DNA of 54,727 nucleotides, from NCBI GenBank assembly GCA_036258335.1, contig DATADW010000382.1:1-54727 (forward strand), in the 5' to 3' direction. The notes beneath the pieces were generated by a model. It did no database searches. It was not told the origin of the DNA and saw only the letters and a list, made by a program, of their open reading frames with translations. The number at the start of each line of letters is the position of its first letter. Position 1 is the stretch's first letter. Source of the stretch: Acidimicrobiia bacterium. Lineage in GTDB: Bacteria; Actinomycetota; Acidimicrobiia; Spongiisociales; DATADW01. The translations under genes were made by a program, and so were the position numbers. Below are positions 39,366 through 47,208 of the stretch, in pieces.

Positions 39366-39941
39366 ATGAGCGAATTCGGGACCATTGTCGAGAGAGATCT
39401 CCAGCACGCAACCATCAGGTTCGAGCGAAGCCTCGAGGCCGACATCGCCAAGACGTGGCGATGGCTCACCGAGCCCGACCGACTCGAGCGGTGGATGGCA
39501 CCGACGCAGATCGACGTCCGGGTGGGAGGCACAGTGGAGCACCGCTTCGATGAGACCGACGATGGGCTTGCCCGCGGTCGGATCCTGCGGGTCGACGTTC
39601 CTCACCTGCTCGAGTACGAGTGGCGCTTCCCCGGCGAGCCCGACAGCGCGGTGTGCTTCGAGCTGCGGGCGGAGGGCGATCGCACCGTGATCACCCTGAC
39701 CCACCGCATGCTCGGGGTCGGCCATGCCGCCGGGTATGGCGCCGGTTGGCACGCTCACCTCGATGTGCTCGAGGCAGCCATGGTGGGCGGTGCATTGAGC
39801 TGGGACGAGTGTTTCGGCGAGATCATCGGCGACTACCAGACCAGGTTCACTCCTCCATCACCGGCCACCACCTCAACGGGGACGCCCGATGCCGACGGCA
39901 CGTCCTCCGCGGCGACCACGACCGGGCAGACCGAGCCGTAG
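39366..39941 (+). CDS. SRPBCC/AHSA1-domain protein
   Basis: GAGGAGGA SD-like sequence upstream. WRWLTEPDRLERWMAP...LEYEWRF pattern. The last ~35 aa are low-complexity and overlap the convergent aconitase X gene. Confidence 0.7.
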   Translation: MSEFGTIVERDLQHATIRFERSLEADIAKTWRWLTEPDRLERWMAPTQIDVRVGGTVEHRFDETDDGLARGRILRVDVPHLLEYEWRFPGEPDSAVCFELRAEGDRTVITLTHRMLGVGHAAGYGAGWHAHLDVLEAAMVGGALSWDECFGEIIGDYQTRFTPPSPATTSTGTPDADGTSSAATTTGQTEP

Positions 39942-41548
39942 AGAGCCGAGGCGACCATCGCCCCGACCGCGATGATGACGTCGGGCTCGGAGAGAACGAT
40001 CGCAGCCGGGCCGGTTCCCAGTCGGAGCGACTCGGCGAGGACGCTCGACGACGAGCTCGATCCGCGCCCTGAGGGCATGATGACCACCCGCCCCGCCACG
40101 GACTCCCCGTAGTTGGGGTGATGAGGGTCGATGATCCGGCCGTCGGCGGGGTCAACGCCACCCCAGAACGAGAGCGGCTGACCGAGCGGAAGCGTCGAGC
40201 CGGTGGCTCTGCCCGCAAACAGGACGACACTGGTTGTCGTGTCGGCCGGGGGTTCTGGTGGGGCAGTCTCCTCCCATCGGACCTGGTCTCCGCTACCCCA
40301 CAACGCGGAACGGCGACGCACCTCGCCCGACAGCGCTGAGGCGACACAGTCGCCGCGAGATCCGAAAACCACGTCCACCCCCAGGTTGGCCGGGGCGTAC
40401 CAGGCCCATTTGGCCGAGTCGGTCATCACCACCCTCGCCGCGGGGTCGAGGATCGGGGTGATGTAGGTGCAGGTGTCGGTGACCATCCGCACCCCGGCAG
40501 CCTCGAGGGCTTCGACATCCGAGCTGGCTGCCGCGAGATCACCGCGGCCAGTGTGCACATACGTATCGACCCGCACCCTGTGGCCATCGAGGAGACGAGC
40601 CAACTCGGCGAGCTCAGCCAGTGAGGCGTGCGGGGTTCCCATGCAGACGGCGTCGAGACTCCCGTCGCCCGCGGTGGTCAGTTCGTTGGCAGCGGCGGCG
40701 AGCAACTCGGGACCCACGACCACCTCGTATTCGGGCTCGCACCCACCGAGAGCGTCGCCGAGCGTCGCCGCCTCGGGGGTCACCCCCACGGCATGGAACA
40801 TCGCCACTGAGCCAACCGAGGCAGCAGCGGCGCCGAGCGCTTTGAGCCGATCCTCGCTCGTTTCTGGAGGCAGACCTACCACCGCCGGTACCCTCGCCCC
40901 CGCCAACCGGCCAAGGGCGTGCCCCAACACCGGGTAGAGGGCATCGTCATCGAGCCACTCGACCGGGACGCCAGTGAGACGAACGACGAGGCGGGCGCGC
41001 CGACCAGAGTCGAGATGGAGCCCTGCCGCCGGTGCCCGGCCTGCGACCGCGGCGCAGATGTCGATGAAGTCGCCGTAGCGGCTGGTGCGCGCCCCGAGGA
41101 CGCTGTTAGCGAACACGATGGCGTTGGACTCGGCCCAGGCCACCTGCTCACCGAGCGATGGACGCTCCATAAGCTGGTAGGGGGCGCAAGTCCAGGTGGG
41201 GCGGCACCCCAACTCGAGGTAGGCATCCATGAGCCGACGAGCTTGGGCAGCCGACTCCGGATCTCCTCGAAAGCGCTCCGGGTGGAGGAGGTCGAGAGAG
41301 GAGACGTTGAGGGTGGTCGGCACCGCGACCCTCGCATTTGCTTCCACCAGCCGTGTAGCGAAGTCGAGACCGGCCTGACCGTGATAGAGGCATCCGTCGA
41401 TGTGGGCCCCGGTGATGTCGAGCAATCGCTCGGCGCCCATGGCCTTCGCCGCCCCGACCACCAATTCCATCGCAATCCGGGGACCGTCGCCGCGGGCGCC
41501 ATCCAACATGTCGAGATCGCCGTCATCGAGATGGAGGTTCTGTTGCAC
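39833..41548 (-). CDS. Aconitase X, fused DUF521 catalytic and DUF126 swivel domains (type-I AcnX, cis-3-hydroxy-L-proline dehydratase-like)
   Basis: 571 aa. ITGAHIDGCLYHGQAGLDF, TWTCAPYQ, WAESNAIVFANSVLGARTSRYG. C-terminal swivel with PLSFWGGVDP...GRVVIMPSGRGSSSSS. Confidence 0.75.
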   Translation of the reverse strand: MQQNLHLDDGDLDMLDGARGDGPRIAMELVVGAAKAMGAERLLDITGAHIDGCLYHGQAGLDFATRLVEANARVAVPTTLNVSSLDLLHPERFRGDPESAAQARRLMDAYLELGCRPTWTCAPYQLMERPSLGEQVAWAESNAIVFANSVLGARTSRYGDFIDICAAVAGRAPAAGLHLDSGRRARLVVRLTGVPVEWLDDDALYPVLGHALGRLAGARVPAVVGLPPETSEDRLKALGAAAASVGSVAMFHAVGVTPEAATLGDALGGCEPEYEVVVGPELLAAAANELTTAGDGSLDAVCMGTPHASLAELAELARLLDGHRVRVDTYVHTGRGDLAAASSDVEALEAAGVRMVTDTCTYITPILDPAARVVMTDSAKWAWYAPANLGVDVVFGSRGDCVASALSGEVRRRSALWGSGDQVRWEETAPPEPPADTTTSVVLFAGRATGSTLPLGQPLSFWGGVDPADGRIIDPHHPNYGESVAGRVVIMPSGRGSSSSSSVLAESLRLGTGPAAIVLSEPDVIIAVGAMVASALYGSVCPVVVAAEDVPSASGVPVEVVAGDGGVNLVW

Positions 41549-41800
41549 GGCGAGATTCTGGTCGGTGGGGCCTCACGCTTCCGCGGGCCGGTGAGACGAT
41601 TTCCAGGCTCTCGGGTTCGCAAGCGCCAGATTTTCGGTATTCTTCCCACAACGCCGAGCCCGGTCGGAGAGACCGGGGCGGGGGACCCAAATCAATGGGG
41701 CGAATCCCGGTACGCCGGGTAGGGCGCCTTCCGGCCCGAGCCCGTCAGCTAACCCCGTAGGCAGCAGGAAGGAGGCCAGCTCGCTGGCTCTCCGCGGAAC

Positions 41801-41817
41801 GCCGGTCCGGGACCGGC
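41801..41817. promoter_or_regulatory. 17-bp perfect palindrome 22 nt upstream of the 2-phosphoglycerate-kinase start
   Basis: GCCGGTCC-G-GGACCGGC. Confidence 0.3.
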
Positions 41818-41838
41818 CGACATGAGGGGGCGGAGGAC

Positions 41839-42777
41839 ATGCCGCACCGGAGAGCCGATACCAACGTGCGACGGCGGGTATGGGTCGCCGATCGCGAGGG
41901 TGCCAACCTGCCCTACTCGAAGGGGCTCATGGCGGCTTCGATAATGGCCACCGGTATCCCACCGGGCCGCGCCTATGACTTGGCCGAGCTCATCGAGCAC
42001 GATCTGGTCTCGCTGGGACGAGATGGCGTTGATGCCGACACGCTCTCCGGTATCGCGGCCGACGTCCTGCAACGCCATGTCGGGGATCACATAGCGCGTC
42101 GCTACCTCGCCTGGCGGGCGGCGAAGCGCTCGCCGCGCCCCATCGTCGTCCTCATCGGAGGCGCCACCGGGGTGGGCAAGTCGACCGTGGCCACCAAGCT
42201 CGCCGCCCGCCTCGGAATCACCAGGGTCATCCCCACCGACACGGTACGCGAGGTGATGCGCACCTTCATGCCTGCCCTCCAGGCACCCGAACTGCATAGC
42301 TCGTCGTTCGAAGTGGGAGGACAGGATGAGAACCTGATCGACGGTTTCCTCCGCCAGAGCAGATCGGTGGCCACCGGGATCGACGGCGTGGTGGGGAGGA
42401 TGATCGCCGAGCACAAGGACGCAATCGTCGAGGGGATCCACCTGGTACCCGGGATGCTCGACGAGGAGATCCTCCACCGGTTCCGACTCGAGGCAGCGGT
42501 GGTCAAGGTACTGCTCACCCTTCCGGATGCCTTGGTGCATCGGGCGCACTTCATCGGACGCCTGGAGAGCGAGCATGGCCGGCGCCCTGAGCGCTATCTG
42601 CGTAACCTCGGTGACATCCGCCGAATCCAGACCCACCTCGAGGCATTGGCCGGGGCGCACGGGTTCTCGCTGGTCGACGCCTCCGACCTCGACGAGGCGA
42701 TCCAGCAGGTGCTCGACGTGGTCGTCGCCGAGGTCACCAGCATCACGGGGGAGAGCCAGGTGTTCGCTGCCGGGTGA
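41839..42777 (+). CDS. 2-phosphoglycerate kinase-like protein (ATP-cone plus P-loop kinase)
   Basis: 312 aa. ATP-cone-like N-terminus (VWVADREGANLPYSKGLMAASI...ARRYLAWR), P-loop VLIGGATGVGKST and ITRVIPTD. The start could instead be GTG 41866. Confidence 0.75.
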   Translation: MPHRRADTNVRRRVWVADREGANLPYSKGLMAASIMATGIPPGRAYDLAELIEHDLVSLGRDGVDADTLSGIAADVLQRHVGDHIARRYLAWRAAKRSPRPIVVLIGGATGVGKSTVATKLAARLGITRVIPTDTVREVMRTFMPALQAPELHSSSFEVGGQDENLIDGFLRQSRSVATGIDGVVGRMIAEHKDAIVEGIHLVPGMLDEEILHRFRLEAAVVKVLLTLPDALVHRAHFIGRLESEHGRRPERYLRNLGDIRRIQTHLEALAGAHGFSLVDASDLDEAIQQVLDVVVAEVTSITGESQVFAAG

Positions 42778-44081
42778 CCTCCACCCGGGCCTTGGTCCTC
42801 ATCGACGGCGAACACCACCCATCTGTTGTGCGAGATGGGCTGGTCGAGCTCGAGCGGCGCGGCATGCCTGCGGTGGCGGCGCTGTTCCTCGGCGGCTCCG
42901 AGAAGACGGCGGGTCCCCCCGATCTGTCCGTCCCGGTCCACTCGGGCGACCCGGCCTCAACTCTCGGCGATCTGATCGCCCGCTACCGCCCCGACGTGGT
43001 CTTCGACATGAGTGATGAGCCGATACTCGATCACCGTGCCCGTTTCGTCCTGGTGGGTGTGGCCCTCGCCGCCGGCGTCGCCTATGCCGGCGGAGGGTTC
43101 CGGTTCGACCCCCCGCCCACCCCCCGGCTGACGGACACTGCCTCGGTCGCCGTGACGGGCACCGGGAAGCGGACGGGGAAGACCGCAGTGTCGATCGCCT
43201 TGGCGCGCCACTGGGCGGCTGCCGGGAGGAGACCGGTTGTGGTCACGATGGGCCGCGGGGGGCCGCCCGAGCCCGTGGTTCTCGACCCCGGGAACCTCGC
43301 CGACCCCGTGGATGCGCTCCGCTCGCTGGCCAGCCGCGGACTCCACGCCGCCTCGGATTACGTCGAAGACGCCATCTTCGCCGGAGTCCCCACCGTCGGG
43401 ACGAGGCGGATCGGCGCCGGTCCCGCCGGGGTGACCGTGGACGACACTTTCGCCGCCGGGGTCGCCGCCGCTACCGACCTCGACCCGGGGCTTCTCATCT
43501 TCGAGGGAAGCGGGACCGCTCTCCCCCCGGCGCGTGCTGACACCGGTGTGTTGGTTATGCGGTCCCAACTCGATGGGGAGTACATCGGCGGGTACCTGGG
43601 CCCGTTTCGCCTGGCGATGGCGGATGCGGTGGTCGTGGTTGAAGACGGTGGATCGGCGGCGGCGGTCGTGCGCCGGGTGTCGCCGGGCACGGTTGTCTTC
43701 GAGGGTCGCTATGTCGTCGAGCCGACGGTGTCCGTGGAGGGAAGACGGGTCACAGTTGCGACCACCGCCCCGGTGACCGCCGGGGACGAGCTGGCCGCCC
43801 AACTGCGCAGTCTCGGCGCCGCGGCTGCGACGGTGATCCATACCCTCTCAAAACGCAACCGGCTCATCGCCGACCTGGAGGCCGCCCCACGGTGCGACCT
43901 GGTTCTCACCGAGGTCAAGGCCGCTGCGGCCGATGTGGTCCTCCCGTGGGCGGATAGGAGCCAGATCGATGTCGGTCTACTACACAACGTGGTGCAGGTC
44001 GAAGGGGGGATCGGGTCTCTGGCCGGTGCCCTGGAGCAGCGGTTACCTTCACCCCAAGCGCCTCAGCCGAGCACCCGGTAG
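42774..44081 (+). CDS. Cyclic 2,3-diphosphoglycerate synthetase-like protein
   Basis: 435 aa, GTG start in a GTGA overlap with the kinase. Motifs LIDGEHHP, GGSEK, DMSDEPILDHRARF, GTGKRTGKTAVS, MGRGGPPEP, HAASDYVED, FEGSGTALPP, GPFRLAMAD, TTAP, LTEVKAAAADV. Confidence 0.75.
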   Translation: MTSTRALVLIDGEHHPSVVRDGLVELERRGMPAVAALFLGGSEKTAGPPDLSVPVHSGDPASTLGDLIARYRPDVVFDMSDEPILDHRARFVLVGVALAAGVAYAGGGFRFDPPPTPRLTDTASVAVTGTGKRTGKTAVSIALARHWAAAGRRPVVVTMGRGGPPEPVVLDPGNLADPVDALRSLASRGLHAASDYVEDAIFAGVPTVGTRRIGAGPAGVTVDDTFAAGVAAATDLDPGLLIFEGSGTALPPARADTGVLVMRSQLDGEYIGGYLGPFRLAMADAVVVVEDGGSAAAVVRRVSPGTVVFEGRYVVEPTVSVEGRRVTVATTAPVTAGDELAAQLRSLGAAAATVIHTLSKRNRLIADLEAAPRCDLVLTEVKAAAADVVLPWADRSQIDVGLLHNVVQVEGGIGSLAGALEQRLPSPQAPQPSTR

Positions 44082-44377
44082 ATCTTCCGAATCGGCTCGC
44101 GCCGGAGTAAGCCCCTCACCCGTTCCTGACTGGCGACCAGCTCAGGGGAGTCGAGGGCCGCCTCCATCGCCTCCACCGATGTCCAGCGGGTGATCACTCC
44201 ACCCTCGACGAGCCCGCTCACCCCCGCTTCCTCTGCGATTACCAGGTCGATTCCCAGGCAATCGGGGTGGTCGCGGAAGGCAGGGACGACATCGGTCTCG
44301 AACAGGCGGATGACCTCCTCGACATCGTCGGGGGAGACCGCCGAGAGGAAGAAGCGGATGTAGCTCACCAGCCCCAC
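44063..44377 (-). CDS. ABM/Dabb-fold (antibiotic-biosynthesis-monooxygenase-like) small protein
   Basis: About 101-104 aa. An alternative GTG 44368 start gives a GTGA overlap with the upstream metallophosphoesterase stop. The 3' end overlaps the convergent cDPGS-like stop by 19 nt. Confidence 0.5.
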   Translation of the reverse strand: MGLVSYIRFFLSAVSPDDVEEVIRLFETDVVPAFRDHPDCLGIDLVIAEEAGVSGLVEGGVITRWTSVEAMEAALDSPELVASQERVRGLLRREPIRKIYRVLG

Positions 44378-45264
44378 GTGGATTTTGAGAACATGCCGGC
44401 CAGCTCGGGGTTGCGGTCGAGCACGCGGGTGGTTCGGTCGTACCTGGCGGCCAGCTTCTCGCCGCTACCCGGATACATCAGGGTTACCGAGATGGCCTCG
44501 GGGTCAATGGTGACCACGTTGTACGACGGCCTGGCGTAGCCCCGAAGCCGGAAGGACGAGACGGTCCCGCTGTTGACCACCATGATCCCGTCGACCACCC
44601 AGATATGGGGCACGTGCTTGTGACCACAGAGAACCAGATCCACACCGCTCTCTTCGAGCACCGCCAGCACGTCGCCGGCATCCCACACGGTGTTGCGCTC
44701 CCGCCCCGTTCCCGGGACCGGTACCAGATGGTGATGGAGTGCGAATATTCGGAAGTCCGATGGGGTGGCGAACTGCTCGCGGATCCACGGGTAGCGGAAC
44801 CTTCCCACCTCTCCCTCGGCGAGGTCGGGCTTGGAGCTATCCACCGCTACCAACGTGACCCGCTCCGGTGTGACACCCCTGGCTAGGTCGACGACCACGT
44901 CGTTTCCGGCGTCCCCCTTGCCGAAGTGGTCCTCGAAATGGACGTAACCGACGTTCTTGGCGTCGTGGTTCCCCGGGACGACCACGGTGAGCAGCTCGTC
45001 GAGCAGGGGGCGCAGCGCGTCGCGCGCCATCTGGAACTCGTTGGCGTAGCCCTCCTGGGTGAGATCGCCGGCGACCACCACCATGTCGGGTTGGAGGGCG
45101 AGCACCTCTTCGACGGCGTGATTGAGCAGGCCGGGGTCGAAGTACAGAGAGCCGCAGTGGATGTCCGACAGCTGGGCGATGGTGAGCACGACTGTGCCCG
45201 ATGCTAACCACGGCCGCTCGTCGGGATGTGGCTCCCTCCGGGCCACCGCGGTGACGGTGCTCAC
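44365..45264 (-). CDS. Calcineurin-like metallophosphoesterase
   Basis: 299 aa, GTG start. Motifs SDIHCG, VVAGDLTQEG, VPGNHD, ALHHH, LCGHKH. Confidence 0.8.
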   Translation of the reverse strand: MSTVTAVARREPHPDERPWLASGTVVLTIAQLSDIHCGSLYFDPGLLNHAVEEVLALQPDMVVVAGDLTQEGYANEFQMARDALRPLLDELLTVVVPGNHDAKNVGYVHFEDHFGKGDAGNDVVVDLARGVTPERVTLVAVDSSKPDLAEGEVGRFRYPWIREQFATPSDFRIFALHHHLVPVPGTGRERNTVWDAGDVLAVLEESGVDLVLCGHKHVPHIWVVDGIMVVNSGTVSSFRLRGYARPSYNVVTIDPEAISVTLMYPGSGEKLAARYDRTTRVLDRNPELAGMFSKSTWGW

Positions 45265-45289
45265 CTACTCCCGAAGCACTACCGCGGTG

Positions 45290-45575
45290 ACCGGGGGTAG
45301 ACCCACTTTCCTCAGTGGGAGTCGACTCCCCCTCCCGGTGAGGGAGGGGAAACCTTTGGCATGGCCTTGCGGCGCATTGCTTCCGTCCCCCGAAGGGGGG
45401 AAGGGACCCGCTGCGGAGCAGCGGGCAGGAGGGAGCACCGAGCCTCCCAGAGGTGAGCCTGGCGCGGCTTTCGCACCGTTGGGAGTTCGCCATGCCCCCC
45501 TCCCCCTCGGGGAGAGGGAATCGTTTCCTTCGGGGGGACGGAATCGAACGAGCCGTCTTCCATCATCCCTCTTGC
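45290..45575. repeat. Intergenic mosaic repeat E5, a head-to-head double copy
   Basis: The left half matches the reverse complement of E1: CCGTCCCCCGAAGGGGGGAAGGGACCCGCTGCGGAGCAGCGGG. The right half matches E1 directly, with core CGCACCGTTGGGAGTTCGCCA (45472-45492) and ...GGGGGGACGGAATCGAACGAGCCGTCTTCC. It also holds the palindrome GGGAGTCGACTCCC and hairpin CTCCCGGTGAGGGAG. Confidence 0.8.
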
Positions 45576-47135
45576 TCACTCCACACTGACTACGACCGAG
45601 TGGTAGCCGGTCGCTCCGTCGGGGGCCGGTGGTGCAACCTCATCGGTTTGGGCGTCACCGTTGCCGTCGGTGGCACGCACCATGATCGAGTGAGCTCCTG
45701 GGGTCGCCTCCCACGGCATCCGCCATTGGCGCCATGTTGTATCGGCCAGTTCGGCGGCGAGCTCGGCGGGCTGCCATTGCCCGCCATCCACCCTCACCTC
45801 GACACCGCTGATCCCGCGTGTCGGCGCCCAGGCGACACCGGCGATGGTCCGCTGGCCGGGACGGATCGTGGCGCCATCCACCGGGACATCGATCCGCGAC
45901 TGGGTCTTTATCGGCGCCTCCTTGGACCAACCACGCGGCACCCAGTAGGCATCGAAGGCGTCCCAGGAGGTGAGCTCGACCTCGGTGAGCCACTTGGTAG
46001 CCGACACGTACCCATACAGCCCGGCGACAATCAGCCGGGCGGGGAATCCGTGCTCGAAGGGAAGCGGCTCACCGTTCATCCCTACTGCCACTAAGGCATC
46101 GCGCCCGTCGAGAGCCGCCTCGGTGGGAAAGCCAACGGTGAAGCCGTCGACCGACCGTCCCACGATTTGGGTCGCCCCCGGTTGCATACCCGCTCGCTCC
46201 AACAGCGCCGGGAGAGGGACGCCCATCCACTTGGCGGTGCCGATCAGATTGCCACCCACCTCGTTGCTGACGCAGGCGATGGTGACGTGACGCTCCGCCA
46301 AGGGCATCTCGATCAGATCTGTGAACTCGATCTCGAAGGGCCGGTCCACCATCCCAGTGAATCCGAGCCGCCAGGTGCTCAGGTCCACCCTCGGCACGGT
46401 TAGTGCGGTATCGATGCGGTAAAAGTCGGCGTTCGGTGTGACCAGGGGTGAGAGCCCCTCGACCTGGAACGATGCTCGGGCCGGTGGCGCGGCCACGGTC
46501 TCGGTCGCCGCCGGCAGCACCACATCGTCGCGGCCCGCCAGCATGCGCCTCGCCCGATCGGCGATGAGGCGCCCCCCGGCGAATGCCAGCGCGGCCAGCG
46601 CAACCACCGACCCGGCAGCAAGGATGAATGCTCGCCTCCCCTTGTCGGTGCCCGCGTCAACGGCCGAAATGCCCAGCCGAAGCAGACCTATCAGCACCAC
46701 GATTCCCACGAGTGCAGCGATCGACGCCGCCACCCAGACACCCCATGGCGAGGCATCGGGGATCCGCAAGGCCGACAGTGCCCCGGCCAACCCGAACGCA
46801 GCGAAAGCGATGACCGCCCACCCCATCCACCGGGCAGTCAGCAGTCCGACAACCGCACCGATGCCGGCAATGACCAATACCGACCCCACCAAAAGGGCGG
46901 TCTTGTCGTTGGTGCCGAAAATCCCAATGGCAGCGTCCTTCACGCCAGGCGGCACCGTGTCGATGACGAACGTCCCCACCGATTCGAGCAGCGAGGGGAC
47001 ATCGGTCAGCAACCCGGCGACCAACTCTGATGCGCCCAGAGCCGCCAAGGCGGCCACCACCCCGGAGACAGCTTGTCGCCCTCGGTGTGACCCCATGGTC
47101 GGAGTCGGGGCAATCGGGGCTTCGGTGGTGGCCAT
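45576..47135 (-). CDS. Sulfite-oxidase-family molybdopterin oxidoreductase with an N-terminal multi-TM domain
   Basis: 519 aa. FYRIDTA, ACVSNEVGG (Mo-ligand Cys region), GFPARLIVAGLYGYVSATKWL. Confidence 0.8.
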   Translation of the reverse strand: MATTEAPIAPTPTMGSHRGRQAVSGVVAALAALGASELVAGLLTDVPSLLESVGTFVIDTVPPGVKDAAIGIFGTNDKTALLVGSVLVIAGIGAVVGLLTARWMGWAVIAFAAFGLAGALSALRIPDASPWGVWVAASIAALVGIVVLIGLLRLGISAVDAGTDKGRRAFILAAGSVVALAALAFAGGRLIADRARRMLAGRDDVVLPAATETVAAPPARASFQVEGLSPLVTPNADFYRIDTALTVPRVDLSTWRLGFTGMVDRPFEIEFTDLIEMPLAERHVTIACVSNEVGGNLIGTAKWMGVPLPALLERAGMQPGATQIVGRSVDGFTVGFPTEAALDGRDALVAVGMNGEPLPFEHGFPARLIVAGLYGYVSATKWLTEVELTSWDAFDAYWVPRGWSKEAPIKTQSRIDVPVDGATIRPGQRTIAGVAWAPTRGISGVEVRVDGGQWQPAELAAELADTTWRQWRMPWEATPGAHSIMVRATDGNGDAQTDEVAPPAPDGATGYHSVVVSVE

Positions 47136-47208
47136 CGGGTTACAAATCTACGGCTGGGTACCGCCTACCGGGAGCGGCACAGCCCGAGTTTCGCCACGGT
47201 TCACACCG

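Noticed and set aside
45528-45560. A tRNA-like T-arm string, GGGGGGACGGAATCGAACGAGCCGTC
   Set aside because: Only a GACGG/CCGTC stem with an 11-nt loop is present. There is no acceptor, D or anticodon arm, and the same position in other repeat copies reads GGATTCGGATTGG or differs. It is part of the repeat, not a tRNA.
45265-46094. ORFs 45265-45579 (-), 45312-45566 (-) and 45453-46094 (+) crossing the E5 repeat
   Set aside because: Their peptides (for example WRTPNGA and PLPLGERE) are translations of the repeat modules and recur in the spurious extension at 12530-12661. They are repeat-derived, not coding.
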